Below, one piece after another: positions 14,251 through 30,350 of a DNA stretch of 64,000 nucleotides. Below the pieces are notes generated by a model. It saw only the letters and a program-made list of their open reading frames with translations, had not been told where the DNA came from and did not search any database. This stretch comes from the human T2T-CHM13v2.0 reference genome, Homo sapiens. The stretch lies in NCBI RefSeq assembly GCF_009914755.1, contig NC_060937.1; one strand, 5' to 3'. Within the stretch, counting starts at the first letter, position 1. Each line of letters begins with the position of its first letter. The position numbers were made by a program, and so were the translations under genes.

Positions 14251-14295
14251 GGCGAGTCTGAATCTGTTCCCTTTTTCAGTGTTGTCCTCAATCAG
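14251..14295 (+). other. Candidate 45-nt internal exon
   Basis: Branch-like TACTCAC 14221-14227, pyrimidine tract, CAG|G acceptor, CAG|GTGAGT donor. Confidence 0.3.
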
Positions 14296-15589
14296 GTGAG
14301 TTGTATACCATCTTTCCCTATATGGTTTACCTATTTCACAGGTGTTAACCAATGAAACCATTCCAAGGGACTTGATTTCTTTAAATAAATTTTTTGTCTT
14401 GACTCGTTGCAACTTCTTAACACAGGACATTTTGCCTTTTTTTTCTTTTCTTTTTTGATTTTTTTTGTACCTAGCCCCCTCCCCTCCTCCCATTTCTGAT
14501 TCTAGATGTCAGTTTACTATGAACTTCTGACAACTTCCAGGCTGTGGCACCTTTGCCCTCTGGCTAAATGCTGCTCACCTAAGTCCATTGAGAATCAGAC
14601 CTTGAAATTCAACACATGCTGTTAATGAGAAAAAGCTGTTACAGAGACAGGACTACAGCTTAAAGAAAGTTCGAAAAGGAATCATGCAGAGAGCGCTTGC
14701 TGTTGTTTGAGTAAACCACATTGCTTTAGCATACTTTTTCAACAATTAGGACTTTTGTGAATTTAAGAGGAAAATTATTGCCGCTGCCAAAAGAAGGCGT
14801 AATAGTGCTTAAGAGAGAAACTTTTCTTTTCAACTAGAGATAACATAAACTTGCATTCAGTTCATGCCACTTTATTCATTTTTAGAAAATACCATCTGCA
14901 GTGCAAACAACTTATCTCTTGTATTCTCAGTTGAGTGTATGGCCTATTAATTATGCTGGCCCTGTGTAATCATAATAATTTACATTTCAATTATATTAAG
15001 AACACTGAGTATCAACTATATACATGCTCACACAATGAAGTGTCACATAATCCTGGTCTACAAGAAGCTTATAATCCAATGGGGAAGCAGAGAAGCCCAC
15101 CAGGAAGGGTAATGAAAGCAGGTGGGAGTTTCGAGCTGGAGTTTTGGCTCTGTACTAATATACATGTAATTATTTTAAAATTAATATTAATTGACCAAAT
15201 TTTGATTAGTTACTCACCCTTTGCCAGACACTAAGAGGATACAAGGTTAATGAAAGATAAGCTATAGTGATGATAGCGGTTGTAGTGGTTTGGAATTATA
15301 AGGGACCATTATTCTACCTATCACAAGTGGTACAGGTAAAGGGGAACCATGGAAAGTTATTAGAAAGCGTTACAGGGAAGGTCATCAGTATTTAGTCTGG
15401 GTTAGAAGAAGGAAAATTGGAGGCCCCTGGGAATCTATTCTTATGGTCCTGGGGAAGGTCATGGGAATCAATGCTCAGAAAGTAGCTATAGAAAGAGTGA
15501 AATTGATTGCATTCTTTTTTGAATTCAGATGATGTCTTGTAGTTTCTGAGAATAAAATTTCTAGCCATACACCTAATACTGATGAGAGA

Positions 15590-15805
15590 ATAGTTGAAGA
15601 GTTTGGATTAGATATATCTGGACTTGATTTCTGGTTCTGCCACATAGCTGTGTAACATTGAACAAGATCACTTACCTCTTTAAGCCTCAATTTGCTTGTC
15701 TATAAAATATAACCAGTATAATAATATGCATGTTATAGGTCATTTTCAAAATTAGTAGTTCTATAAAAGGTGTAGCACAGTGCCAAACATTTAGCAAGTT
15801 CTCAG
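15590..15805 (+). mobile_element. MIR
   Basis: TTCTGCCAC...AGCTGTGTAACATTGAACAAGATCACTTACCTCTTTAAGCCTCAATTT...TCTATAAAAT core. Confidence 0.75.
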
Positions 15806-16133
15806 AAACAATAGATATGATCAGTATCATGCTATAGCTTTTATTCTTATGTGGTGACTTTATAGCATGCATTAAGATGAAACAATGTGATTGGGATAAA
15901 TCTGTCTTTACAACTGGGTCCTCTTTATCTGTTAAGATTACTAGCCAGAGGATTTGTCTTATGGTTATTCTGAAATCAGTTATGGAGACAACAGAAATCA
16001 ACAGATAAGAAAGACTGAAGATCAGAGTTGCTTACATGGAGCAAGCCCGTAGGGTGTGAGTTTCACAAACTGAACCAGATGAAACTAAGATCTGGTGGGA
16101 CTTATGGCCACTGAGGAATGTGTCCCATAACTA

Positions 16134-18768
<2,635 letters not shown>

Positions 18769-19003
18769 GCCACACAAAATGATTGGGGTGTCTGAGCTTG
18801 CAGCTCTTTGAAGTAAAGTGTAGTGATTTAGAACAACTTTTAGATTGTCATCTATGGTTAGAAGGATATTTTAATACATCACAAAAGAACATACGTGCTA
18901 AAATGTCTCAAAACATTATTTAAAACATGTATATCTTATTGATACTCTTTTATTTTGGTCCATCCTATTTCACTCTATGTCTTTATATTCCTTTCTATCC
19001 TAT

Positions 19004-19635
19004 CATGATTTTAATTTGTTATGGTTTCTTCTTAATTTGGTCTCAAGAGTGGCCCTAAGCCCAGACAGCCATTCAGTAGGTGAGCCCTGACCAAAGGAAA
19101 GTCAGACTTGTGTGTGACTTGGGTGTGTGTGTCAGGTGAGACACAATGAATGAGGAGGTGAACATAAAATGCATGCGACAGACTAAATTTATTACTCATA
19201 GGTCAGAGAGGTTAAGGGTGCCAACAAGAGGCAACAAGAAGTCCAGAAGGTTCAACTACCAGGTGGGGATCTAGAGAGATTGATAGAGATAGACAGAGGT
19301 GTTGGGGGAAACCTGTGGGACTATCTCTTTATTAACATCCATCGGTCTACCCCTTAGGCTTTCCTGTGGGACTTGTGGATTGGCTAAAGAAAACCCACGT
19401 GAAGGGCGACCTCATTTTCCTGACTCTGGTGTTGACCATTAGGCTTTATCCTGGTTACCAGTTGTGGAGTAGGTTGCATTTTAGGTCAGTGAAATGAGGA
19501 ACAAGCAGGCTATATTGCAAACAACCACAGAGGGAGAGAAAGTTTTAACATGCCAAAGGTGACTGGGTTTTAAATAACTACGTAGGCCTAAACATAGATG
19601 CCAAGGCAGCAAGTATACTTAACAAATTTATGACA
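19004..19635 (-). mobile_element. ERVL-class solo LTR (MER73/74/76 group)
   Basis: Minus strand begins TGTCATAAATTTGTT...GCTGCCTTGGCATC; CCTAT on both flanks (18999-19003, 19636-19640) is a possible 5-bp TSD. Confidence 0.6.
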
Positions 19636-19797
19636 CCTATCCGATCCTATTCTATCCTATCCTATCCTGCCCTGCCCTGCCCTGCCCCGTCCTGTCGGAT
19701 CCAATGATATCCTATCCTATCCGATCCGATCTTATCCTATCCTATTCTATCCTATCCTATCCTATCCGATATGATCCTATCCTATTCTATCCTATCC
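19636..19797. repeat. Compound pentanucleotide repeat (CCTAT)n/(CCGAT)/(CCTGC)n
   Basis: Read directly from the sequence. Confidence 0.95.
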
Positions 19798-19946
19798 CAG
19801 TCAAATAGAATCTAGAGTTATATCTTCTAATTTTATTTTTCTTGCCATCAATAGGCCACAATCCAGTTTATAACTGGTATGTAGCAATGGATTAAAAAAT
19901 ACTTTGGTTGTATTCCCCTTCAAGTAAAAATTTTTGAAAAATCTGA

Positions 19947-20278
<332 letters not shown>

Positions 20279-20439
20279 GGTATATGTATATTTATTTAAA
20301 GTGGCATACATCTACTGATATTAATGTGTTTATTAAATGTCAAGAAAACTTAACTTTTTAAATTTCTTAGCTAAAAATACGAATAGAATTTATAATATTT
20401 TTCTTTCAGTACAACATCCTGTACACCATTTGATTAGGT

Positions 20440-20610
20440 CTAAGGCAAGCTCCTTACCTGACCACTTATATGACTTTGAGTCAGTGATTTAATGTTTCAG
20501 CATAGAATTTCTCATCTGTAAATTGGAAATGATAATATATATTTTATATTTTATTGAAATAATTTGAGTAAATATTGCATTTAATGCAAACAATATAGCA
20601 CTTGACCTCC
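20440..20610 (+). mobile_element. MIR fragment
   Basis: CCACTTA...TGACTTTGAGTCAGTGATTTAA...TTTCTCATCTGTAAATTGG core. Confidence 0.6.
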
Positions 20611-21090
20611 CCAAAAGTAAATAAAGTTACTTTAATAATTCATATTAATTGAACAAACTTTTATTGACTACCTAGTATGTGCAAAGCACTGAGAGAATAT
20701 GAAGATCGATAAAAGATTAGATATGATGATGATGATGATGATGAAGTAGAAGATAGACGATAAAGAAGAGAATGAAGAAGAGAAAGAGGGAAGAGATGTT
20801 ATAAGCTACTAGGCCTACCAATTTATATAAATATAAAATGAGGCAGGATATATCATGTCTTAATAAAGATATATTTGGCATTGTGCCTAACATTTAGTGT
20901 AAATAAATATTTTTGAATACATGGGAGCAATTATGGATGAACGAATGAAGGAAGGAATGTGTTGCCGTCTTTGCAATTACCACATAGAAATCCTGCTTCA
21001 GTCATTGTCTTGTTACCAGCAGAAGTGACATGTTGCAGACCTCTCTTTAATACTTGGCCATCTAAGATAAAAAGTAAAAGGACCATTGAG

Positions 21091-21235
21091 TTTTGTTTTG
21101 TTTTTTTTTTTTTAAATAAATGCACGGGGTACATGTGCAGTTTTGTTACATGGATATATTGGGTAATGGTGAGTTTTGGGCTTCCAGTGTGCCCATCACC
21201 CAAACAGTGAGCATTGTAACCAAAAGGTAATTTTT
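21091..21235 (-). mobile_element. Short L1 3'-end fragment (old L1PA/L1PB)
   Basis: T-rich tail followed by GGGGTACATGTGCAGTTTTGTTACATGGATATATTG...CCCATCACCCAAACAGTG. Confidence 0.8.
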
Positions 21236-21407
21236 AAAGGGATTCTTATAGTAATTTTTAAAATTAAAAATGCCACATCACATGTGCATTTTTAGAAAAA
21301 TGATTAAAAGAGAAAATCATAACTCTGTTTTGAAGGGATCTTTTATTTTCATCAAAATGTTATAGTGAGGAAATAACCATTATTAAACTTCTTTTCTTCT
21401 TACTCAG

Positions 21408-21482
21408 TAATCAGATAAAGGCATCCAGCTTCACCCACAATTTCTTCAAATACATTGAAAATGGAGTTAAATATTTTCACAG
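21408..21482 (+). other. Candidate 75-nt internal exon
   Basis: CTTCTTTTCTTCTTACTCAG acceptor and perfect CAG|GTAAGT donor in unique sequence. Confidence 0.35.
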
Positions 21483-22504
21483 GTAAGTTACTTTATAAAT
21501 CAATAGATGAGACTACTGTAACTATATTACTAGTTCTTTTGACATAAATATTAAAGGGCCATCTTTAAACATATGCTCATTTTTTATCCTGTCTTTCTCA
21601 CCACTTCTTTTTTATTTCAAAGTCAATAGAAAAATCTACTTAAACAGGTCTCATGTTATTGAGAATCTAGAATTGGATTTCAGATTTACTTTTTGATTCA
21701 GTAAATTATGTTTTATCATTCAGAGGATGCAACATATAAGGTGACACATTGTAGCCAGATAGAGAAGTAACATTTTTCAATTGCTATTGGCTGTACTTCT
21801 GTTTTTATTAACCCTCTTGCTGGTAAATGTGAATTCAAGCTCTATGGAATCAGATGGGAAATAACAACTTTCTTTAGTGCCATTCAGGCAATAGAGAATG
21901 ATTTTCCATTTGTGGAAATATCATCTAGGCAATAACCTGCAATGGCAATTTGTCAAGAAAAGAAATCCATCACCAAGCTTGATAACGCTAGCGGAGAATG
22001 AAGTATGTGCGTACAGATTCACAGTTACCATTTGACCCTGGGAGTCCCCAGGATTATCAATCATCCTACATTTCTCCCACTTCTTCATTTTCCCACCCTC
22101 CTCTCACCCTTCACAAAGAGGCTAGCAGCTGTGTTTTTCCATTCAGCATGTGAGGAGCATGCAATAGCTTTTAAAACACTTCCCCAGATATTTTCTACAG
22201 TATAATAATCCTTGAGATTGACAAGGTAGGATCATTCTCTTTCTTCTGTAAAAGATGAAACTGAAACCGTGATTAAGTGACTTGTCTAAGGTCACACATC
22301 CAGAAAGAGGCAAATGTGTGGATAACACTTCTTTCTGAATCATTGCACTTTGGAATACACTAATGGTCAATGAGGCATTAGACAGAAAAATGAAAGGGAC
22401 CAGGAAAACCAAGAAGCCTTGAGCCCGTGAATACTGAGCGTTTAACCACTTTCTTATTAGGTAAGTCATTTATTGTTTTTGAGTGATTAATTGATTTGAG
22501 AAAC

Positions 22505-22785
22505 TATATTAGCTGTCTACTGCTACAATAATGTAAGTCTCATTGACGGAGTGGTGGCAGAGTTCCCAAAGGAGGGGCAGAAATGTGGAAGACCTCTGTA
22601 GGCCAAGGGTCAGAATTAGAACACTTTTATCGCACTCTATTGGGCAAAGCAGATGAAAAGTCTATCCCAGGTTCAAAGGGTGGGAAAACAGACTCCACCT
22701 TTTAATAGGAAAGCTACAAAGTTACACACCAAGGAGTGTGGCTATAGGGTGGCAGTCATCGAGGCCACTTATGCAATCAGAAACA
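22505..22785 (-). mobile_element. MLT1-type MaLR LTR fragment
   Basis: CTATTGGGCAAAGC...CCAGGTTCAAAGGGTGGGAAAACAGACTCCACCTTTTAATAGGA pattern. Confidence 0.6.
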
Positions 22786-23860
22786 CTCACTCATCATCTC
22801 CTATATGCCAAAGGTCTGGGAATATAAAGAAGACTAAATTGTTCTCTCTAATAAGTAGAGTTTATAGTCTGGTAAGAGAGACAGACACATAAAGTCATTG
22901 CAACATCAAACAATATGAAGAGGGTAGGCAGGAAAATGAACACTTTGATCTACAAAACTCAAGAGTGTAAGACATCTAACGTTTAAAATTTTTCTGTAAC
23001 ATTTAATTTGCCTTGTATATCATTTTAATCCATAAGAAGATTGAATTAGTTCTAGGTAATGAATTAATTCTGAGTTTCCTAAATGTCCTAAATAATTGGC
23101 ATTGTAATTGGCATTTAGTCATTAAAATCAGGGTTTCTCTATCTCCTCCTTGTCAAAGTTTCAGGGTCTAGGTCATGTTTTCAATCATCAAACATTGGGA
23201 TCCATAGAGATTGGTATTCCTTGTGGTCCTGACCCTAGATACATAGATCCTTCCACATTCACCAGTGAATTACTGTCTAAACCCAGTCAAATACATGTGA
23301 CTATGTTACCAATGTTAGAATACAAAATCTAGTGACCTGGAGATTAAGGAAGAAATAATAAAAAAGTATAGAAGTAAACTTTATTTTGTATCAATATTTA
23401 ATATTGGCTACCAAATATTCTCAAATACCTGTATAATATTAAATATTATATTTATATTAAACATATTAAACATTCTTTTAAAATATGATAAATAATATTA
23501 AACCAATATTATAAATATTAAATATTATAAATATTTGATAAAAAATATTCATGGAGATAATATGAATTGTCGTATATTCATATGCATCATTTCAGAGTGA
23601 AACGATAGTTATTTTTTGGAAACTTAAGTAAAAATGAGTCTGAAGACAGCACTGAAGGGAAGTTGAAAGAATGTGAATTCCAGCCCATCTTCATCCCTAG
23701 CCATGTGATTCTCACAAAGTCATTTCCCTTCTCTGGCTTGTTTCCCCATTCCTTATTGAGAGGGTCAAATTAGATAAATATTTCAGTCCTTGTCATTCAA
23801 ATCTCATAGCATTTAGGAGACTGAAAAGAGCTATTAGTGGCTGTAGGGAAAGAGACAGTG

Positions 23861-23910
23861 AAAGAGAGAGACAGAGAGAGAGAGGAGGAGGAGGAGGAGG
23901 AGGAGGGAGA
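23861..23910. repeat. (GA)n/(GGA)n purine microsatellite
   Basis: Read directly from the sequence. Confidence 0.9.
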
Positions 23911-24146
23911 AAGAATGAGAATCAAAAGAAAAGTCTATGTAAGCTTACAGAAGGTAGGATATCTGGGGATGATTTGTTTACCTAGCTGAGATGATAGTTT
24001 TGAGTGAATAATACATATTTTGATATTACATATGGATGTTTCTTTGTATGAAGGCAAAGTTTTAATAGTCAGAATACTATATGCCCCATTACAGTGTGAA
24101 CATACAATTGTAAAGTAACATAGCTCATTATAAGGATCTTAATTAG

Positions 24147-24147
<1 letters not shown>

Positions 24148-24182
<35 letters not shown>
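24148..24182. repeat. (TA)n microsatellite
   Basis: Read directly from the sequence. Confidence 0.95.
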
Positions 24183-24184
<2 letters not shown>

Positions 24185-25556
24185 CTCCTCAATGTAAATA
24201 TTATTGAAAACAACTAAAATATAGAAAGAAAGGAAGTCACTTTTAGATTCTCTGATAAGAAGCATAAACGTCAACATGTACCAATTTGAAATATTATTAT
24301 TAGTAATACTTCAAAACATAGTCATGCATCATTTCTAATAGATTTGCAATGGATGAAATTATGGAAACTTTATTCAATACCAATAGATGGTACTTATTGA
24401 CCATACATGATTGGTCAATTTTAACATTATACAGGTATTTTGAGAATATTTGGTAGCCATAATTCACAATAATTCAGATGAACTAGGCTGTGATTAATGC
24501 AGATTTAATGTAATTATAAGTAGATAAACTTTCTAGCTAAACTTGGCAAAAATGGCATTGGACGGGGATTCATAATATTATGGAAACTGATGTGAGTTCT
24601 CTGTTTATCTTAAGCAACACAATCTATAATCTCATGCTGAAAAGCATTGACCTTGGCGGTTTTCTGTAACCTTAACCTTGGAAACAGACTATTGCTCATG
24701 CTCTAGTTGTCAATTTCTAAATCACACTCCCCTGTGCCTTTGAGATTGACCACTTTTCAAACATCTCTGTTATGTTTTATTTAGTCTGATGTCAGTATCA
24801 ACCAAGCCAAAAAATGAAAAAAAAAAAGGTATAAAAGCTAGCTATGAGACATAGATTATACTGGCCAATTTTGTAAAAATACTCATTGTTCTGTTGAGGA
24901 TAAGGAAAGCCAAGTACATTTTACCATTTCTCGTCTCAAGAAAAGCTAATAATCTAACAAATTGATGCTGCAGATGGGAGCAGCCAGTTAACTGCCACAC
25001 ACAGGGCTGATTCTTCAAATATAAAAAATGTAAACATAAACTCTCCCTCCCACTCGCCACCCAAGGGTAACAATGTGACAAGGGATTACGTATTGACATG
25101 TACATAGCAGATGTTGGACAATGATTAATTAAATGTGAATAATTGGCATTGTAAATGTTACTTATCTCTCAATGAAACAAAATATAACACTTCAACCCTG
25201 ACAAAAGTCATTTTGCTCTGATTTTGTGGGTTTTATTTAAATAACTGTCATTTGTTTTCTTCTTACTTTTTTCTCCTCTCCTCCCTCTTATTCCCCTTGG
25301 TAATTTAGGGTACTCTGTCATGGTCTCAGGTGTTTGTGTCTGTCGGGACCCTTGGCCACTCCAAGTCTGCTGTAGAGCAAACCAAATTGTTTCTGAGTGC
25401 CACAAGGGACATGCCTCTCTTAATAAAACAGAAAACAGCATCCTCCAAGGTTTCAGCTAAAAAGAGGCTGGGAAAGAATGGCTGACTAACACAGCTGAAT
25501 CTTTTCCCTCCAAAAATAGATGTAGTCTCATACATTTCCTGAAAAATAAAGTGGAC

Positions 25557-25940
25557 TGTATTAGTCTGTTCTTGCACTGCTGTAAAGAAATACCTGAAGC
25601 TGGTAATTCATAAAGAAAAGAGGTTTAATTGGTCCACAGTTCCACAGACTGTTTAGGAGGCATGGCTGGGGAGGCCTCAGGAAACTTTCAATCATGGTAG
25701 AAGGCGAAGGAGAAGGAGGCACATCTTATATGGCTGAAACCAGAGGAAGAGAGAGTGGAGAGGGAGGAGCTACACATGTTTAAACAACCACATCTTGTGA
25801 GAACTCACTCATTATCAGGAGAACAGCAAGGGCGAAACCTGCCCAATGATCCAGTCACCTCCCACCAGGCCCCTTTTCCAACACTGAGGATTACAATTCG
25901 ACATGAGATTTGGATGGGGAGACAAATTGAAACCATACCA
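25557..25940 (-). mobile_element. THE1D/MSTA-like MaLR solo LTR
   Basis: TGTATTAGTCTGTTCTTGCACTGCT...GGCCTCAGGAAACT...AAACCATACCA termini and body. Confidence 0.9.
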
Positions 25941-28633
25941 TGGGTGTAAGTGAATTGGTGGCCCATCCTTCTCCGTGTATCTGTTAGTATGGAAACTGCC
26001 TATACACAAATACGTTATTTCAAAAGTAATATCCTCTGAGGGGCTAGTTCAAATTCCCTGGGCTGTGCAAGTAAGCAGATTGCCTCTGCCCTGTGGATCT
26101 CACTAAAGGTCTAAAGCCATATGGATGGACAAAAGAATGCTCTTAAGCAGAGATAGGTTAAAGCATAGTAAATCCATAGAATGGATTACAATGCGGCTAT
26201 AAAAATTCACGAGGTAGAAGAATATGTATTGGCATGCGAAATAGTTAAGCTGTTAAATAACAGTCAACAGGCTTGCATTTTTCTTTTCTCTCCCATGATT
26301 TTCTATTCTCCTGATGATAAAAATGAGAGAGAAGGACTTTGGGAGTGCAGCCTGGACTTCTCACTTGAAAGAACCACCGGCAGAGGTTTTGGAGAGTCTG
26401 GGTTGCTGTCCCCATAGAGCCTCTGCAGGGAATGGGAGGGGAGAATGAGAACTCAAGAGGCAAATATGAAATAAGCACAGTGGCCTCCAGCAGGCTGTTT
26501 CTTCACAAATGGAGACTGGAAGCCCACCCTCACTGGGCCTGGGTCCACATCAGCTACCACCTATGTGGGCACCATCAGCTCATCCAGAAGTAAGTGGTTC
26601 TTGAAGACTGACCGTTCTGACTGTTGATAATGGAGGCAGCAGCTCCCTGGCTCTGACAGCTGGCCCCAAACTGATTGCAGTAGACTAAGCAGGCTTGTGA
26701 AGTATAATGAATCACAGTCTCCTTCTCTTCCCAAACACAACTTCAAAGTCCAAGTGGCAGATGCCAAGAGCAAATCTGACCATTATTGCACATCTTTTAA
26801 GGATGAGGTCCAGCCTCTCTGCAGATAGACTGTTAGAGGCCAGCTGGTCCTCTCTTGCGGACCCCTATCTTCTCCCATGTTGCACCTTCCTTACCTGACC
26901 ATGGATTTAGCATGCCACTTCCAATGAATCAGGGCAACCTTTACAGAATGGAAGGGAATCAGAGTGGAATTAAAGAAAGGGGAGATATTTAGACCTAATA
27001 TTGAACATATGTGTAATTTCAGAATTGGGACTGTTGAACAAAAGATTAGTTTGGTTTTCATTGCACTTTATTGAAGTCATTGTTAAAAAAATTGTGAGGA
27101 AAGTTTTTTTTAGCTAGAGTGAGACTAGGACCATAAATTTGACTACCGGTGTTAAATAGTCCAGACACAGCTGCCCAGGAAAAGCCAGCTAAGAGGCCCA
27201 GGGAAGAGGAAAGGAGTTCAAACATCTGGCACAAGTGATTGAAGAAAGCAAGTGTCCCAGTCCAGAGTTAGCAGCAGAAGATGACCATTGGCTGATCTCT
27301 CAGTTTGGCACCTACGCAGGGCTTGTGCCTTCATTCAGTCAAGGCCAGAGATACAGGACTGAGAAGGCTGATTCTATGTACTCAGGCAAGATTGTGGGGA
27401 GAGGAGGTGGGAACAGCTGAACAACTTAGCAGGAGGAGAAGACTCAAGGTGATTGGAGGAGGCCTTGGCCATCAAAGGAAAGTCAAGACAGAGAAAGTGG
27501 CCAAGGTGGTTGTAGGAAAGGAAAGAGAAACAAAGTGGCTCTGACAGCAGGAGAGTAAAAGTGATATCAAATGGAGCCAAGAACTTGTAATTTTTTTTCT
27601 CTTCTCCATTAAAAGGGCCCGAGCTGTGAGAGTAAGATTTCAACTGAAACCAGGAAGCACATAGAAATATGTCACAGATGTGAGAACTTCTCCATCTCTG
27701 GAAAAGTCTGGGAAAAGGCCCACACCTTGAGCTCCAGGGAAGTTGACCTAGGTCCCTTCACCTGTCCATGCCTCAGCCATGCAAGTAGAGTGAAGAATAC
27801 GTGGAAAATAAAATCTGAGGAGCACAGGGATTTGAGCTTCCACATGAATTGCCGATGTTGCTTGCTATGTTTTCTTTCTGAAACTTAACCTTAAATTTCT
27901 GTTTAGAAACTCTGTTAAAATCACTGTTGTATATTTCAGATATTCTAGTATTTCTGAGTAGTTGGGGAAGGGTGGTTGAGGTGACACAAAAATTTCTTCA
28001 ATTTATGCAACTTCCTTTCTGGTGGGAGTATTTAAACTGATGTGTCATGGACAAAGGTATTATGCAAGGATTTCCTCATAGGAATGCAAGAAAAGGAATG
28101 AGATTTCTTTAATTATGTACAAGAAGTATCAAAGGGGCATTTAAGAATCATGTAGCAATAGGATATGAACATTTGGAATAAAGGGTAAAAATAAAAAATA
28201 CTCAGGCTAAGTCATTGCACACAATTATGTATTGAATACCTGCTGGATGCTAGAACTATATTGGGTGCCAGTCATACAACATTGAACAAAGTGTGACCTT
28301 ACACTCAAGGCCTTCAGAGATACAGGAAAAGACAAGATTATAGAAGACAAATTTAACTACCGTACTTTATGGCAGGTTCTCTTTAAGTTAACAGTATATG
28401 GTAGTACAAAGGAAGAGGGTTCGAATCTACCTGCTTACTATGCCTTTCACAGCAATTTAAAAAAAATGAGTAAAATTTCAGTGAGAAATAACAATTGAAT
28501 AGATTTGATCACGTTAACTCTGAGATGCTTCTGACTTTTGACATCAGCCTAATGAATAAATTCCATTGGACATAACCTATCCAGTCGACTTATTGTTCCT
28601 GTAGCATAAAGTAAACTTAAATACTCTTTTTTT

Positions 28634-28933
<300 letters not shown>

Positions 28934-30040
28934 ATGCTTTTTTTTTGTAGCTGCAGAAATGTATATCAGGTAAGTTTGTAAATGATACAATAGTTTTTTA
29001 TAATTTAAAAGATGCCTCTGAGTATAGGCCGCAGACTATCATTTTCCCACGCACACCCTAACCTCCAGGAACCTGAAACAGATATTCCTTGAAAACATTC
29101 ATTTTACATCCATTTTAAAAAAGTCTATTATTATTTATTCATGATGGCTTGCCCCTTTTGCAGCTGAGTTGCTTGAAGCAAGAGAAGAATAAATGTTCTA
29201 ACCCAGGTTTCAGGTTGAGTATGAACCTCAGCTCATACTTGATTCTCTGTGTTTAACAGAACTATCTTCTTAGTATCATCACCTCTTGCCAGAGCTTTAG
29301 AAACAAATGAATGACTTGTTCTCCTATTATTAAGTCCCTTTGATTGCTTTGAATAACTCTCCAGAGCTTTCTTCTTTCTTCTGCTTCTTTCTTCACTAAC
29401 ATTTTAGAAGAAAATGCCATGGAAACAGGTTACTTTCATCATAGACAGTAATTTAAAACTTTAGAAAAATGGTTATTTCTCTGTATAAAATTCACAATGA
29501 TTAATACATTCTTACACTAGTTCTCTCTCTGTTAAAACAACTTACTAGTCTGAATGGGCCTTTGGTCTAAGGATTATAAGAATATCTTAAACTCCTATTA
29601 TATACCTCAGGATGATAATAGAAGCCTAAGTACTATATCAACCTGCTTATTATTGTAATAAAGTAATACAAAAACTTACATCTAAAATCTAAAATATAAA
29701 TCCATGTCCATCAGCAAGTAACACCGATCATTCTGGGGTTGCAAAACGCCAAGGCAGAATGGTGGTACTCAGTCTCCCCTTATCCAGCACACAGCATCAG
29801 AGCAGGTAAGATTTGGTAAAGATGGCATTCCATGACCATTGAAATGGAAATTCTCTAATGGCACCCAGAGATATTCAATCCATTAAAATATCACAACATC
29901 AAAATGGTCCAAATAATTATTAGATTTTTTTCTACAACCCACAGGTTTCTCATGGGCTGAACTCAACAGCATTTGCCCTCATAAATCAGCAAACAGTGAG
30001 AAGCAGCAATGATGAAAGAATCAACAAGAAAGAAAAAGAG

Positions 30041-30350
30041 TTTTTCTTTCTTCTTTTTTTTATTTTTAGACAGGGTCTTGCTCTGTCACCCAGGCTGGAG
30101 TGCAGTGGCATGATCTCAGCTCACTGTAGCCTTGATTTCCTGGGCTCAAGCATTCCTCCCACCTCAGTCTCCTGAGTAGCTAGGACCACAGGCATGTGCC
30201 ACCATGCCTGGCTAATTTTTCTATTTTTAAATAGAGATGGGACTTTGCCATGTCACCCAAGCTGGTCTCAAACTCCTGGGCTCAAGTGATCCTCCTGCCT
30301 GGGCCTCCCCAAGTGCTGGGATTACAGGCATGAGCCACGGCACCACCCCC
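30041..30350 (-). mobile_element. AluJ
   Basis: T-rich tail, GACAGGGTCTTGCTCTG, CTCCTGGGCTCAAG in both arms. Confidence 0.92.

Noticed and set aside
23380-23560. Very AT-rich repeated AATATTA stretch
   Set aside because: Ordinary low-complexity sequence with no defined unit or flanking structure
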